Below, piece by piece: positions 46,108 to 56,082 of a stretch of DNA of 64,000 nt; the first letter of the stretch is position 1, and each line of letters opens with the position of its first letter. The notes beneath the pieces were generated by a model, which did not search any database, was not told where the DNA came from, and saw only the letters and a list, made by a program, of their open reading frames with translations. Source of the stretch: a virus (Duplodnaviria; Heunggongvirae; Uroviricota; Caudoviricetes); IMG/VR virus record IMGVR_UViG_2541047680_000004. One strand, given 5' to 3'. Position numbers and translations under genes: made by a program.

Positions 46108-46130
46108 GGCAGAAAACATATTGTTTTAGG
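46108..46130. promoter_or_regulatory. family-1 operator element (B-form)
   Basis: GGCAGAAAACATATTGTTTTAGG about 40 bp from metG terminator. Confidence 0.5.
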
Positions 46131-46162
46131 TACTGTGTAAATCAGAAGGGATTGTGTCTATA

Positions 46163-46190
46163 TGAAAATGCCCGGCGTGTTGCCGGGCAT
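46163..46190 (-). terminator. metG rho-independent terminator
   Basis: stem ATGCCCGGC/GCCGGGCAT, loop GTGTT, U-run on minus-strand transcript. Confidence 0.7.
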
Positions 46191-46210
46191 TGCGAAGAGA
46201 GGTTGTTTAA

Positions 46211-48244
46211 TTACTTAACCTGGTGGCCAGGTTTAGCACCAGCATCCGGGCTTAACAGGAAGATATCTTTCCCGCCGGGGCCAGCAGCCATCACCATGCC
46301 TTCAGAGATACCGAAGCGCATTTTACGCGGAGCCAGGTTAGCCACCATAATTGTGTGACGACCAATCAGTGCCTGTGGGTCTGGATAAGCAGAACGGATG
46401 CCTGAGAAGACATTACGCTTTTCACCACCGAGATCCAGCGTCAGGCGCAGCAGCTTGTCAGAACCTTCAACAAACTCTGCGTTTTCAATCAGCGCCACGC
46501 GCAGGTCAACTTTAGCGAAGTCGTCAAAGGTGATGGTTTCCTGAATCGGGTCGTCTGCCAGTGGGCCAGTTACCGGTGCGGCTGTGGCTTTCACTTCTTC
46601 TTTGGATGCTTCCACCAGTGCTTCCACCTGTTTCATATCGATACGGTTATACAATGCCTTGAACGGATTCACTTTATGGCCCAGCAGCGGTTGCTGGATA
46701 CCATCCCAGGTCAGTTCTGTATTCAGGAATGCTTCTGCACGTTCAGTCAGTTTCGGCAGTACCGGTTTCAAGTAAGTCATCAGCACGCGGAACAGGTTAA
46801 TGCCCATAGAGCAAATCGCCTGCAGATCGGCATCGCGTCCTTCCTGCTTCGCCACCACCCACGGAGCCTGTTCATCAACATAGCGGTTAGCCAGGTCAGC
46901 CAGTGCCATGATTTCACGGATAGCTTTACCAAATTCGCGGCTTTCCCATGCTTCGCCAATCACTTCAGCGGCATCAGTAAAGGTTTTGTACAGTTGCGGG
47001 TCAGCCAGTTCGCTTGCCAGCACGCCGTCAAAACGCTTGTTGATAAAGCCTGCATTACGGGAGGCCAGGTTAACCACTTTGTTCACGATATCGGCATTCA
47101 CGCGCTGAACGAAATCCTCCAGGTTGAGATCGATATCATCAATGCGCGAAGAGAGTTTCGCAGTGTAGTAGTAACGCAGGCTGTCGGCGTCAAAATGATT
47201 CAGCCAGGTGCTGGCTTTAATAAAGGTACCGCGAGACTTAGACATCTTCGCGCCGTTCACCGTCACATAGCCATGAACAAACAGGTTGGTCGGCTTGCGG
47301 AAGTTGCTGCCTTCCAGCATTGCTGGCCAGAACAGACTGTGGAAGTAAACAATATCTTTACCGATGAAGTGGTACAGCTCGGCGGTGGAGTCTTTCTTCC
47401 AGTATTCATCGAAGCTTACGCTGTCGCCGCGCTTGTCGCACAGATTCTTGAAAGAACCCATATAGCCAATCGGCGCATCTAGCCAGACGTAGAAATATTT
47501 ACCCGGCGCGTTCGGAATTTCAAAACCGAAATACGGCGCGTCGCGGGAGATATCCCACTGTTGCAGGCCAGATTCAAACCACTCCTGCATTTTATTTGCC
47601 ACCTGCTCCTGCAACGCACCGCTGCGGGTCCATGCCTGCAACATTTCGCTGAAAGAGGGCAGATCAAAGAAGAAGTGTTCAGAATCACGCATTACCGGCG
47701 TAGCGCCAGAAACCACCGATTTCGGCTCGATCAATTCAGTCGGGCTGTAGGTCGCGCCGCAGACTTCGCAGTTATCGCCGTATTGATCCGGGGATTTACA
47801 TTTCGGGCAGGTGCCTTTCACAAAACGATCCGGCAGGAACATGCCTTTTTCCGGGTCGTACAACTGAGAGATAGTGCGATTTTTAATAAAACCGTTCTCT
47901 TTCAGGCGAGTATAGATAAGCTCAGACAACTGACGGTTCTCTTCGCTGTGCGTCGAGTGATAGTTGTCATAGCTGATGTTAAAGCCTGCGAAATCAGTCT
48001 GGTGTTCCTGACTCATTTCGCCAATCATCTGCTCCGGTGTGATACCAAGTTGCTGTGCTTTCAGCATGATCGGCGTACCGTGGGCATCGTCGGCACAGAT
48101 GAAATTAACCTCGTGGCCGCGCATTCGCTGGTAACGAACCCAGACATCAGCCTGGATGTGCTCCAGCATATGGCCGAGGTGGATTGAGCCGTTAGCGTAC
48201 GGCAGCGCGCACGTCACCAGAATTTTCTTCGCGACTTGGGTCAT
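46211..48244 (-). CDS. metG: methionine--tRNA ligase
   Basis: 677 aa from [25 protein letters not shown] (HIGH-type) with KMSKS; C-terminal tRNA-binding domain; near-identical to enterobacterial MetG as I recall it. Confidence 0.97.
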   Translation of the reverse strand: MTQVAKKILVTCALPYANGSIHLGHMLEHIQADVWVRYQRMRGHEVNFICADDAHGTPIMLKAQQLGITPEQMIGEMSQEHQTDFAGFNISYDNYHSTHSEENRQLSELIYTRLKENGFIKNRTISQLYDPEKGMFLPDRFVKGTCPKCKSPDQYGDNCEVCGATYSPTELIEPKSVVSGATPVMRDSEHFFFDLPSFSEMLQAWTRSGALQEQVANKMQEWFESGLQQWDISRDAPYFGFEIPNAPGKYFYVWLDAPIGYMGSFKNLCDKRGDSVSFDEYWKKDSTAELYHFIGKDIVYFHSLFWPAMLEGSNFRKPTNLFVHGYVTVNGAKMSKSRGTFIKASTWLNHFDADSLRYYYTAKLSSRIDDIDLNLEDFVQRVNADIVNKVVNLASRNAGFINKRFDGVLASELADPQLYKTFTDAAEVIGEAWESREFGKAIREIMALADLANRYVDEQAPWVVAKQEGRDADLQAICSMGINLFRVLMTYLKPVLPKLTERAEAFLNTELTWDGIQQPLLGHKVNPFKALYNRIDMKQVEALVEASKEEVKATAAPVTGPLADDPIQETITFDDFAKVDLRVALIENAEFVEGSDKLLRLTLDLGGEKRNVFSGIRSAYPDPQALIGRHTIMVANLAPRKMRFGISEGMVMAAGPGGKDIFLLSPDAGAKPGHQVK

Positions 48245-48401
48245 AGTAGGCATTACTTCTTTGTAGTGAAAAGGGGCTTGATAGTAACAAAATGGCCTTA
48301 TGTCTGCCATGTGATAACAGCATTTCTCATAAATGATTAAATGTCGCAGCTGGAGTACACTACAAGGCGACAATTGCGCAAATTAAAATAAAGGAGACGG
48401 G

Positions 48402-49502
48402 ATGAGCGAGTCCAAATCGCCGGATGCCCTGAGAGCAATGGTAGCCGGTACGCTGGCTAATTTTCAGCACCCAACCCTGAAACACAACCTGACTACGCTT
48501 AAAGCGTTACACCATGTTGCGTTGATGGATGACACACTGCATGTCGAACTAATCATGCCTTTCGTGTGGAATAAGCCTTTTGAAGACCTGAAAGAGCAAT
48601 GTAGTGGTGATCTGCTCCGTATCACTGGCGCAAAGGCTATTGACTGGAAGCTGTCGTACAACATTGCCACGCTTAAGCGCGTCAAAAACCAACCAGGCAT
48701 TAATGGTGTTAAGAATATTATCGCCGTAAGCTCAGGCAAGGGCGGTGTAGGCAAATCGTCCACAGCAGTAAACTTGGCACTGGCTTTGGCTGCTGAAGGT
48801 GCGAAAGTTGGTATTTTGGATGCCGATATCTATGGTCCATCAATTCCAACCATGCTGGGCGCGGAAAACCAACGTCCAACCTCACCGGACGGTACTCACA
48901 TGGCACCTATCATGTCTCATGGCCTGGCAACCAACTCTATTGGTTATCTGGTCACCGACGACAATGCAATGGTGTGGCGTGGACCGATGGCCAGCAAGGC
49001 GCTGATGCAGATGTTGCAGGAAACACTGTGGCCTGATCTGGACTATCTCGTTCTCGATATGCCGCCGGGCACTGGTGATATTCAATTGACGCTGGCGCAG
49101 AACATTCCTGTAACTGGTGCGGTTGTGGTAACTACGCCGCAAGACATCGCGCTGATCGATGCGAAGAAAGGCATTGTGATGTTCGAAAAAGTCGAAGTGC
49201 CGGTACTAGGTATCGTCGAAAACATGAGTGTGCATATTTGCAGTAACTGCGGTCATCACGAGCCAATTTTTGGCACCGGTGGCGCACAGAAACTGGCCGA
49301 GAAATACAACACGCAGTTGTTAGGCCAAATGCCACTTCATATCTCTCTTCGTGAAGATCTGGATAACGGAACACCAACCGTTATTAGTCGTCCAGATAGC
49401 GAATTTACGGCTATTTATCGTGACCTCGCAGATCGCGTTGCTGCCCAAATGTATTGGCAAGGTGAAGTAATACCTGGCGAAATCGCATTCCGCGCAGTGT
49501 GA
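48402..49502 (+). CDS. apbC: Fe-S cluster carrier ATPase Mrp/ApbC
   Basis: P-loop SSGKGGVGKS, CxxC motif (CSNCGH); divergent from metG as in E. coli. Confidence 0.95.
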   Translation: MSESKSPDALRAMVAGTLANFQHPTLKHNLTTLKALHHVALMDDTLHVELIMPFVWNKPFEDLKEQCSGDLLRITGAKAIDWKLSYNIATLKRVKNQPGINGVKNIIAVSSGKGGVGKSSTAVNLALALAAEGAKVGILDADIYGPSIPTMLGAENQRPTSPDGTHMAPIMSHGLATNSIGYLVTDDNAMVWRGPMASKALMQMLQETLWPDLDYLVLDMPPGTGDIQLTLAQNIPVTGAVVVTTPQDIALIDAKKGIVMFEKVEVPVLGIVENMSVHICSNCGHHEPIFGTGGAQKLAEKYNTQLLGQMPLHISLREDLDNGTPTVISRPDSEFTAIYRDLADRVAAQMYWQGEVIPGEIAFRAV

Positions 49503-49503
49503 T

Positions 49504-49530
49504 AAAAAGGTGGTGCAATGCACCACCTAA
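49504..49530 (-). terminator. terminator hairpin between convergent mrp and UmuD'-like gene
   Basis: inverted repeat GGTGGTG / CACCACC with U-run on minus-strand RNA. Confidence 0.5.
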
Positions 49531-49539
49531 ACAGTTCTC

Positions 49540-49929
49540 CTACATCACAGGACAATCATCAAACTCGCCACTTCTTGCGTCGTTGATAATGTGAGTGATC
49601 ACACCAAACACGGCATTGCTGCCCGTGCATCCATCATCATCCTTTGGCAATGCTTCCTTCTTACCAGTTCTTAAATCCTCCAGATGCTGACGTGGATACT
49701 TCCGGTATCTTTTTACGCGATATTCCCCATCCAGAGCACATACAAGAAGAGATCCATCAACAGGAGTCAGTGAGGAATCGACCACCAGCAATGCACCCTG
49801 CAATATTCCCTCACGATGATGACTATCAGCCGCCCTCATGAAGTAGGTCGCTGAAGGATGTCTAATTATCTGCTGATCAAGAGAAATACGGCTCTCAGCA
49901 TAATCCGCCGCAGGAGAAGGGAAGCCCAT
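49540..49929 (-). CDS. UmuD'-like S24 peptidase-fold protein (HumD-like)
   Basis: begins MGFPSPAADY, aligning with UmuD from the RecA cleavage site onward; Ser (ADSH) and Lys (RVKR) positions conserved; in-frame TAA 15 nt upstream of ATG; RBS AAGAGG. Confidence 0.85.
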   Translation of the reverse strand: MGFPSPAADYAESRISLDQQIIRHPSATYFMRAADSHHREGILQGALLVVDSSLTPVDGSLLVCALDGEYRVKRYRKYPRQHLEDLRTGKKEALPKDDDGCTGSNAVFGVITHIINDARSGEFDDCPVM

Positions 49930-49945
49930 AATACTCGCCTCTTAA

Positions 49946-49965
49946 TGCTGTATATGCATACAGTA
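49946..49965. promoter_or_regulatory. LexA (SOS) box
   Basis: TGCTGTATATGCATACAGTA = CTGT-N8-ACAG, 16 nt upstream of the UmuD'-like start. Confidence 0.8.
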
Positions 49966-50260
49966 TATGTTGAAGCTATATATTTTTGAACTCTATCTCT
50001 TAAAAAAGATGTTAATAAGATGCTAACTATTGAAAGGCATAAATATATACAATTCCAACAAACGTTATTTTTAACAAATTTTTACTTCCCATTGACTTTC
50101 CCAGACTCCTTGTCTGAACTAATGTCCGCGGAAACCACTTTTTCCTTTACGAGTTATCCACAAAGTTATGCACTTGCACATAGTCTCTATAAATCCTATC
50201 TTAATTCGCAAGACACTGATGTTGCGGTATTGTGGGTACATTTGGTTAAAAACGGACATT

Positions 50261-50293
50261 AAAAAAGCCCAGTTGACTAGGCTGGGCTTTTTA
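50261..50293. terminator. bidirectional rho-independent terminator
   Basis: AAAAAAGCCCAG..CTGGGCTTTTT. Confidence 0.65.
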
Positions 50294-50299
50294 AAAGGA

Positions 50300-50716
50300 A
50301 ACAGAGTTTGCGCCTCTGTTCCTGAGCCATAAGTATCTGGCGACTGAGCTAAGATTAACCGAATGTACTGGATTCATCAAGAAACGTTGAGCCGTCATGC
50401 TAGGTAATAATGACCATTTACCAAACATCGTTGTTCTCAAAGAAGATTTAAGTCCAGGTTTTTGGTGACTCTAAAACCTTACCTTAACTCGAAATCGTGC
50501 CGTAAGTATCTGGCGACTACAGATATTGCAACTGCAAAGGCAAGCTCAAAGGTATTTGCAGCTAGGTGCGATAAAACTAAGTGAGGCCTATAGTGCTTAA
50601 CTTACTTTTCAAAATCGTGCCGCCTATGTTCGCAATCATCGAAGCGATCATTGAGTACGTCAACCAGCGCCCATAATGCTAGTTGTTACCGGCCCCATCC
50701 AAATGGGGCCATTTTA
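50300..50716 (+). ncRNA. candidate structured noncoding region / small RNA locus
   Basis: ORF-free; direct repeats TAAGTATCTGGCGACT (50330, 50503) and AAATCGTGCCG (50492, 50612); hairpins; plus-strand terminator GGCCCCAT..ATGGGGCC then ATTTTATTG at 50690-50716. Confidence 0.25.
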
Positions 50717-50725
50717 TTGTATTGA

Positions 50726-51358
50726 CTACATACTTTCTGATCTAATTGAGTTGTTCACTGCTCTGGCAATTTTCTCCCGCAATTGCTGCGTTCCGTGGTA
50801 CTGAACCGCAATATCCCGCAACTCATTCACCAGTTCTCTAATCTGGTGATCTTTAAGCTCATTATTTGGGTGATGGGCAACAACTCTGGTTAATTCACCC
50901 TTGTCTTTTGCTCTTACGTATGCAGCTCTTGTGCATTCGACCCATGTATTACCGCCTACATTAACTTCGTAGATTAGGCTGGACTTATCTGTCAATTCGG
51001 AACAAATACGGGCCGTGGTCTGGCAACTAGAGCATTCGCAGTTATCGCGGAAACCGTGATCTACCGGTCGAGAAAGAGGTTTAACTTTTTCATCCAACTT
51101 CATCACAGCATCGTGATAAGCGTTCCAGCCGTCATCTTTACCAAGTTGATAAATCTCTGAAGGCTCCATGTAGTCTATATCGCAACCTTCTTCATCTGAT
51201 CTATCTGGTCGTTTCCCTGGTAATCGTTCATAAAAACGATTTCTGTCTCGACGTTCGGCTCTCAGTGCTAACGCAAGAAGTTGCTCAAGCGAGGTATTTG
51301 CACCAGCAATAATTTCATTGAGAATATCTTCTGTGAGATCTTTCGCTACCGTGCTCAT
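50726..51358 (-). CDS. hypothetical protein
   Basis: 210-aa ORF with Cys cluster CECSSCQ. Confidence 0.4.
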   Translation of the reverse strand: MSTVAKDLTEDILNEIIAGANTSLEQLLALALRAERRDRNRFYERLPGKRPDRSDEEGCDIDYMEPSEIYQLGKDDGWNAYHDAVMKLDEKVKPLSRPVDHGFRDNCECSSCQTTARICSELTDKSSLIYEVNVGGNTWVECTRAAYVRAKDKGELTRVVAHHPNNELKDHQIRELVNELRDIAVQYHGTQQLREKIARAVNNSIRSESM

Positions 51359-51942
51359 TTATCTCTCTCAGTATGTTGCGATGGCGTAAATTTGACGACA
51401 TCAAATATTTTGGATGGCATCAACTTTATCCGCGAGCTTAGTTCGGCTCTTCTCTGTAATGCGGTTAATAATGTTTTCGTTCTGACGCCTTCGTGTATCC
51501 TCATCCCTGGCACAAGGACTACATCGCAGGGGAGATGCTCAGGTGACAAATCATTTTGGGCATCACCAATAAGTTGTGTAATCTCTCTTTCAAGCCGACC
51601 GCCTAACTCCGTTTTAGTGCAATGTTCTGACCAATCGCCAGCCTCAAGAAGCGCGAGAATGTTTAAAATATCGTCCACAAGAGCAGTAGTGTCGCCGATG
51701 ACAGGAAAGGGATCGGCATAAAGCGCGACAATATCCCCAATCGTTTTTTGTTCCGCATCCTCAATATCTAAATATGCCGGAGTCGAAACAATTGCCGGAT
51801 CGGCCAAATCATCTTTCATTACAAACGCAGATGGCTTTTGTTCAGACAAGGCCAGTAACACATTCGCCATACGATGTGCGATGTGCTTTTTTCCGTAATC
51901 CTTTGTTGCCTGTGTTAGTTCTTCTTTTGTCATTTCAATCAT
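51355..51942 (-). CDS. hypothetical protein
   Basis: 195-aa ORF, ATGA overlap with neighbour. Confidence 0.4.
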   Translation of the reverse strand: MIEMTKEELTQATKDYGKKHIAHRMANVLLALSEQKPSAFVMKDDLADPAIVSTPAYLDIEDAEQKTIGDIVALYADPFPVIGDTTALVDDILNILALLEAGDWSEHCTKTELGGRLEREITQLIGDAQNDLSPEHLPCDVVLVPGMRIHEGVRTKTLLTALQRRAELSSRIKLMPSKIFDVVKFTPSQHTERDK

Positions 51943-52475
51943 CGTAAGGCATCCTCCACACTTAGCAGTCCGTTCCGCAAAAGATAATCCATCGCCCTAT
52001 CCGGTAATTTGCAATCAGGTTTTGCTTTTTTCAGTTGGCTGACCAATTGTTTAACCAGCATTGTTAATTCGATAACCTGGTAGCGCGGCAATGGTGAATT
52101 ATCGGCTTTACCCTGGATGACTGAACGTCCTTTCTCCTCCTTCGACGGTTCTGGCTGCGCCATGTAAAGCGGGGCAACATGTGCGACAGAACCGAGTGAC
52201 TCATGTATCCGAACCCATGTATCTTTCTCTGCACAGTCACGGTAAATAATAGAGACTGATTCCTGATCGTTTTTTGTGAGTGTTACCAGCCACGCCACTG
52301 GCTCTGCCTCCAGTGAGGTCAGTGCAATTCGAGCCAGTTTTAGATCTCGTTCAACCATCTCATGAACAACTTTGCAGTCCGCTCCTTCTTTACTAACACG
52401 TCCTTTCAAGTCTTCCAGATAACTAACGCTTTCGCGTGCATGGGAGATTAACTGTTCTTTGGTAAAGGTGGTCAT
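51939..52475 (-). CDS. hypothetical protein
   Basis: 178-aa ORF in coupled gene string. Confidence 0.4.
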   Translation of the reverse strand: MTTFTKEQLISHARESVSYLEDLKGRVSKEGADCKVVHEMVERDLKLARIALTSLEAEPVAWLVTLTKNDQESVSIIYRDCAEKDTWVRIHESLGSVAHVAPLYMAQPEPSKEEKGRSVIQGKADNSPLPRYQVIELTMLVKQLVSQLKKAKPDCKLPDRAMDYLLRNGLLSVEDALR

Positions 52476-52663
52476 TAGGTAGCTCTCTCAACAACAAGCA
52501 ATTCGTCGTAGTCATAATCAGTTTCGGAACCATCCGTACCGAACAGAGTCACTTTTTCACCGTTCATCCAGAAAGATTTAACCGCACATCGTTTGCCTTT
52601 AGATGTTATGACCACATCACCTGGGGTTACATCTTCAGCGCGAACTTCTACTGTTCTCATCAT
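52475..52663 (-). CDS. hypothetical small protein
   Basis: short ORF from MMRTVEV; start uncertain. Confidence 0.3.
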   Translation of the reverse strand: MMRTVEVRAEDVTPGDVVITSKGKRCAVKSFWMNGEKVTLFGTDGSETDYDYDELLVVERAT

Positions 52664-53201
52664 GCTGACCCTCTTTGGTGAAAACGCCTGATGCAATACT
52701 GTTTATGATGCTGTCAGTACAGGGAGTAGAAAGCTGGGCATCTCCAGCTATTTTCATGACTTCGACATCCGCATATCGAATACCGAGGTGTATCAGACCT
52801 GCTATACCTGACTTAAGTCGAACATTTTCCATAAACAGATCCTTTTCCCGCTGTTTAACGGTCTCCAGCTCAACACGCAGTTTCTCAAGCGTTAGGGCCA
52901 TCTCTACGTTCTCCTGCTCAAGACGTCGGATGTGTTGCTGTCTTTTATCCAGTTCGTCCAGCAGTGCAATCACATCGGGATCACTATCATCAACTACTGT
53001 TACGCGTGATTTTTCATAATGTTCGTCTGCAAAAGTACGCCCTATCTTAAAATATCCGTCATCACCCTCACCGGAACAGGCATAAACAACATGTGCTCCA
53101 GATATGCGCTGTATTGACATTTCCTCGCCACAAACAGAGCATTTAGGCGCTGGTTTTGGTGAATAACGTTCACGTAACGTCAGGTAGTAAATCTCATTCA
53201 C
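52635..53201 (-). CDS. zinc-ribbon plus coiled-coil protein
   Basis: CSVCGEE..YACSGEG Cys pairs; central coiled-coil-like segment. Confidence 0.4.
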   Translation of the reverse strand: MNEIYYLTLRERYSPKPAPKCSVCGEEMSIQRISGAHVVYACSGEGDDGYFKIGRTFADEHYEKSRVTVVDDSDPDVIALLDELDKRQQHIRRLEQENVEMALTLEKLRVELETVKQREKDLFMENVRLKSGIAGLIHLGIRYADVEVMKIAGDAQLSTPCTDSIINSIASGVFTKEGQHDENSRSSR

Positions 53202-53653
53202 TGTTTAGCTCCTGTACGAAGCTCAGCGGCAAAAGCTACTGCGTGATCATGATGTTCAAGTGTGTATGCGCACTCAGCAAACATCTCCACGCCCTGCGCA
53301 CGTACTTCAGCCAGAAAAGCATCGGTTGCTGGAGTCTCCGTTAATTCGCTAACCCAATTATCTCCGTGTTCCTCGGCACACATCGCATCGAATGCTCGCT
53401 CAGATTCTTTCAGGGCTGCATTCTCCGCCGCTAATGCGTCTCTCTGCGCCCGCAACTTCTCAATTTCGGCAGCCATGTAGTAACCAACCATAGCGAAAGT
53501 GGCGAAAGGGTAGTCCGAATCATCAGGAGATACGGAGGCCATTAGCAGACCATCGTGCATGTTCTGGCTTCCATCAGTGATGGATACCGCATAAGAATCG
53601 CTGGTTTCCCGTTTATACAATACGACGACCGGGTTCTTGATTTTCTCTCTCAT
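53198..53653 (-). CDS. hypothetical protein
   Basis: 151-aa ORF. Confidence 0.4.
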   Translation of the reverse strand: MREKIKNPVVVLYKRETSDSYAVSITDGSQNMHDGLLMASVSPDDSDYPFATFAMVGYYMAAEIEKLRAQRDALAAENAALKESERAFDAMCAEEHGDNWVSELTETPATDAFLAEVRAQGVEMFAECAYTLEHHDHAVAFAAELRTGAKQ

Positions 53654-54207
53654 TACGATGCCTCTAACTTGTCTAACTCTTTCAGCCCTTCACGTACCGC
53701 GTTCACAATGCGTTCCAGATACTGGTATTTCGGGTTTGGTATCGTTGGCCAGTCGGCATACCACGGATCATCACCAAATAGATTCAGCAGTTTGTTACCG
53801 ATGCCGAGACAACAGCAGCTTTCTTTGACATCATCTGCGTTTTCCGCCTCGACCCACATTTCGCGAGCCTGTACAGCATCGATTTCTCTCTCTCTTCGTA
53901 ACTTTATGATTTCTGACTTCACGAAAAGCAGATTTGCATCGTTGTCATCGTCGACCGTGCTTAGCAGTTGAGGGTCGAAATTGTCGATTAGATAGTCGTT
54001 GCTAACTCGCTTGATGAACGTCTGCACATCATCACCGCCCATAGCAAACCAAGCCGCAGTCCACGCTTTTCCGTAGCAGGTGATGGTGATTCTTCCCTTA
54101 CCAGGTTCGTAGTTTTCAATCATCACTCGAACCGGATCGAGGCGTTCCAGATCCGTCAGCACAAAGGAAAGAACATCTATTTTTTCGACCTTCATGCAGC
54201 CTCCCAC
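53653..54207 (-). CDS. hypothetical protein
   Basis: 184-aa ORF. Confidence 0.4.
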   Translation of the reverse strand: MGGCMKVEKIDVLSFVLTDLERLDPVRVMIENYEPGKGRITITCYGKAWTAAWFAMGGDDVQTFIKRVSNDYLIDNFDPQLLSTVDDDNDANLLFVKSEIIKLRREREIDAVQAREMWVEAENADDVKESCCCLGIGNKLLNLFGDDPWYADWPTIPNPKYQYLERIVNAVREGLKELDKLEAS

Positions 54208-54833
54208 GCGCTCCAGATCAGCGATTTGTGTTTTTCATAACGTTTGATGTGTACCGGTTTCAGAAGCGCAATACCTTCTGTCACTTTCGCCATTGCGCTT
54301 AATAGCAACGGGTGTTCTATACCTACCCTCTCCATGTACTCGACAACATCAGCATTGGCACCAATCTCTTTGCCGTTAAAGAGTACGTCCAGCATCAGTT
54401 CTTTCTCTGCAAGGTAGATAGCTGAAAACTCAGGATCGCGACTCACGATAGAAGAGGTATTGTCCAGCAGGTCAGCCAGCTTGATCATGCGCGTCTGCAT
54501 GTTGAGATTTTGCTCCAGCTCCCGGACATTGATGATGAAACGCTGTATTCGATTGCCGTCTTCTGGCCTTGCAATGTTGGTCAGAGCCAGAACCATTTCA
54601 GCTACGCGCTCACCGAAGTGATCACGAACCATCTCTATGGTTACATTTGTGTCTTCGACCACATCATGCAGAAGCGCCGCGATCTGCATCTCCACGGTTC
54701 CGTCATGCAATGCAACGATCTCTCGGACAGCAACCGGATGATTTATATAATCTTCACCTGTATATTTTCTTTTCTGACCAACGCCACCATGAGCGCCAGC
54801 GGCGAACATATGTGCTTCGGAAATACTAGACAT
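54192..54833 (-). CDS. SpoT/RelA-like HD-domain hydrolase (small alarmone hydrolase candidate)
   Basis: YINHPVAV and AALLHDVVEDT match the (p)ppGpp-hydrolase HD signature; 213 aa, no synthetase domain. Confidence 0.75.
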   Translation of the reverse strand: MSSISEAHMFAAGAHGGVGQKRKYTGEDYINHPVAVREIVALHDGTVEMQIAALLHDVVEDTNVTIEMVRDHFGERVAEMVLALTNIARPEDGNRIQRFIINVRELEQNLNMQTRMIKLADLLDNTSSIVSRDPEFSAIYLAEKELMLDVLFNGKEIGANADVVEYMERVGIEHPLLLSAMAKVTEGIALLKPVHIKRYEKHKSLIWSAWEAA

Positions 54834-54842
54834 TCTTAACTC

Positions 54843-54905
54843 CGTTGTTTTCTAGTTGTGGTTATTTTCACAAATAAGAAAAGGCAGAAAACAATTTATT
54901 TAAGG
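54843..54905. promoter_or_regulatory. composite family-1 operator pair upstream of HD-hydrolase gene
   Basis: TTGTTTTCT half-site plus AAGGCAGAAAACAATTTATTT. Confidence 0.5.
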
Positions 54906-54952
54906 CCATAAGTTATGGCCTTTATTTATTCATGCAGAAGGATTTGTAGCGC

Positions 54953-55333
54953 CTAATTGCCGGATAAAATGGGTTGAGGTGCTTGCCAGTAAGCTCCACC
55001 GTCCCATGTGAACCCCATGCGAATAAGAGTGTTTATTGCGGCTTTGGTAGACTCCGATTCGACACTGGCTTTTCGAAACTCTTGAACCTCTTTCGCCAAC
55101 TTGTATGTAATTGTGCAGGGGACGATTGCAGCCCAGCCTTTCTCATGACTGTTAATGACCATCTGGATGTGACCATCCAGAATAGGTTGATCAGGCATGT
55201 TATTGAAAACGTCTGCCTGTTTTTGAATATGAAGAAAAAGCCTTGCCAGCTCCATTTGCTCACTACGAGACAAGGGATTATCAAGAGGGTTTTTTGCAAA
55301 AGCGGCTATACGCTGTGCGTCAATGCCAAACAT
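54953..55333 (-). CDS. hypothetical protein
   Basis: 126-aa ORF. Confidence 0.35.
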   Translation of the reverse strand: MFGIDAQRIAAFAKNPLDNPLSRSEQMELARLFLHIQKQADVFNNMPDQPILDGHIQMVINSHEKGWAAIVPCTITYKLAKEVQEFRKASVESESTKAAINTLIRMGFTWDGGAYWQAPQPILSGN

Positions 55334-56037
55334 CAGCGCACCTCACCATCTTTATGGCTGGAGTTAACTTCCGCCATTAAATGTCTGACGTAATCGACAA
55401 GAGAGCCACCTGGTGGAATCTGGCATTCCTCAACTAACTGGAAGTAGATATCCGCAGCATTACGTGTATTGCTACCCGCGCATATTCTTTCTTCCCGAAG
55501 TGCATGAAGCTCGTTGATCAAACGGTCACACTCTCCGTTACGCTGATCCACAACAGCCTCAAGCTCTGCGACGCGTTCACCTGGCGTCTTACCTTCTTTG
55601 CGTTGGATGGTAACGACGAAATCGCCAATTGCAGGGACGTTGTAATCCAGCTCAAGGTAGTTTTTGGCACCGCTGCGGACGAACTCACCCGCGAACATGG
55701 TGGCGAACATCGCAGAGGCCACTTCGCCGTTGAAAAGTGACTCCAGATCTAACGGAGTCCCGGCAGCAAGAGCCTCTTTTGCTGTATCCATTGCATCCAT
55801 GAACCGATCAAACTCATTAGCGCGCTTTTCCAGGTCTTTCCATTGCTCGCTCCAACGTTTGGCAACGAAGTCTATGAATGTTTTCGCGGATTCATCAAAA
55901 TCCCCCTCAAACTTAACGATGCCTTTATCAATAATGATCTGGCCTACCGCATCCTCTGCATAACCTTTCAATGTAAACTTGAAAGAAAAATCAGAACGGC
56001 CTGTGACGTTAAAATGCTCTAACTGGAGGTTGCTCAT
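55333..56037 (-). CDS. hypothetical protein
   Basis: 234-aa ORF. Confidence 0.4.
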   Translation of the reverse strand: MSNLQLEHFNVTGRSDFSFKFTLKGYAEDAVGQIIIDKGIVKFEGDFDESAKTFIDFVAKRWSEQWKDLEKRANEFDRFMDAMDTAKEALAAGTPLDLESLFNGEVASAMFATMFAGEFVRSGAKNYLELDYNVPAIGDFVVTIQRKEGKTPGERVAELEAVVDQRNGECDRLINELHALREERICAGSNTRNAADIYFQLVEECQIPPGGSLVDYVRHLMAEVNSSHKDGEVR

Positions 56038-56082
56038 GTGTTTTTCTCTTCTCGTTTAGTTACTACATTCTTACACAAATTA

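Noticed and set aside
46584-48187. Plus-strand ORFs antisense to metG (46676..47482, 47561..48187 and others)
   Set aside because: Antisense frames inside a highly conserved housekeeping gene.
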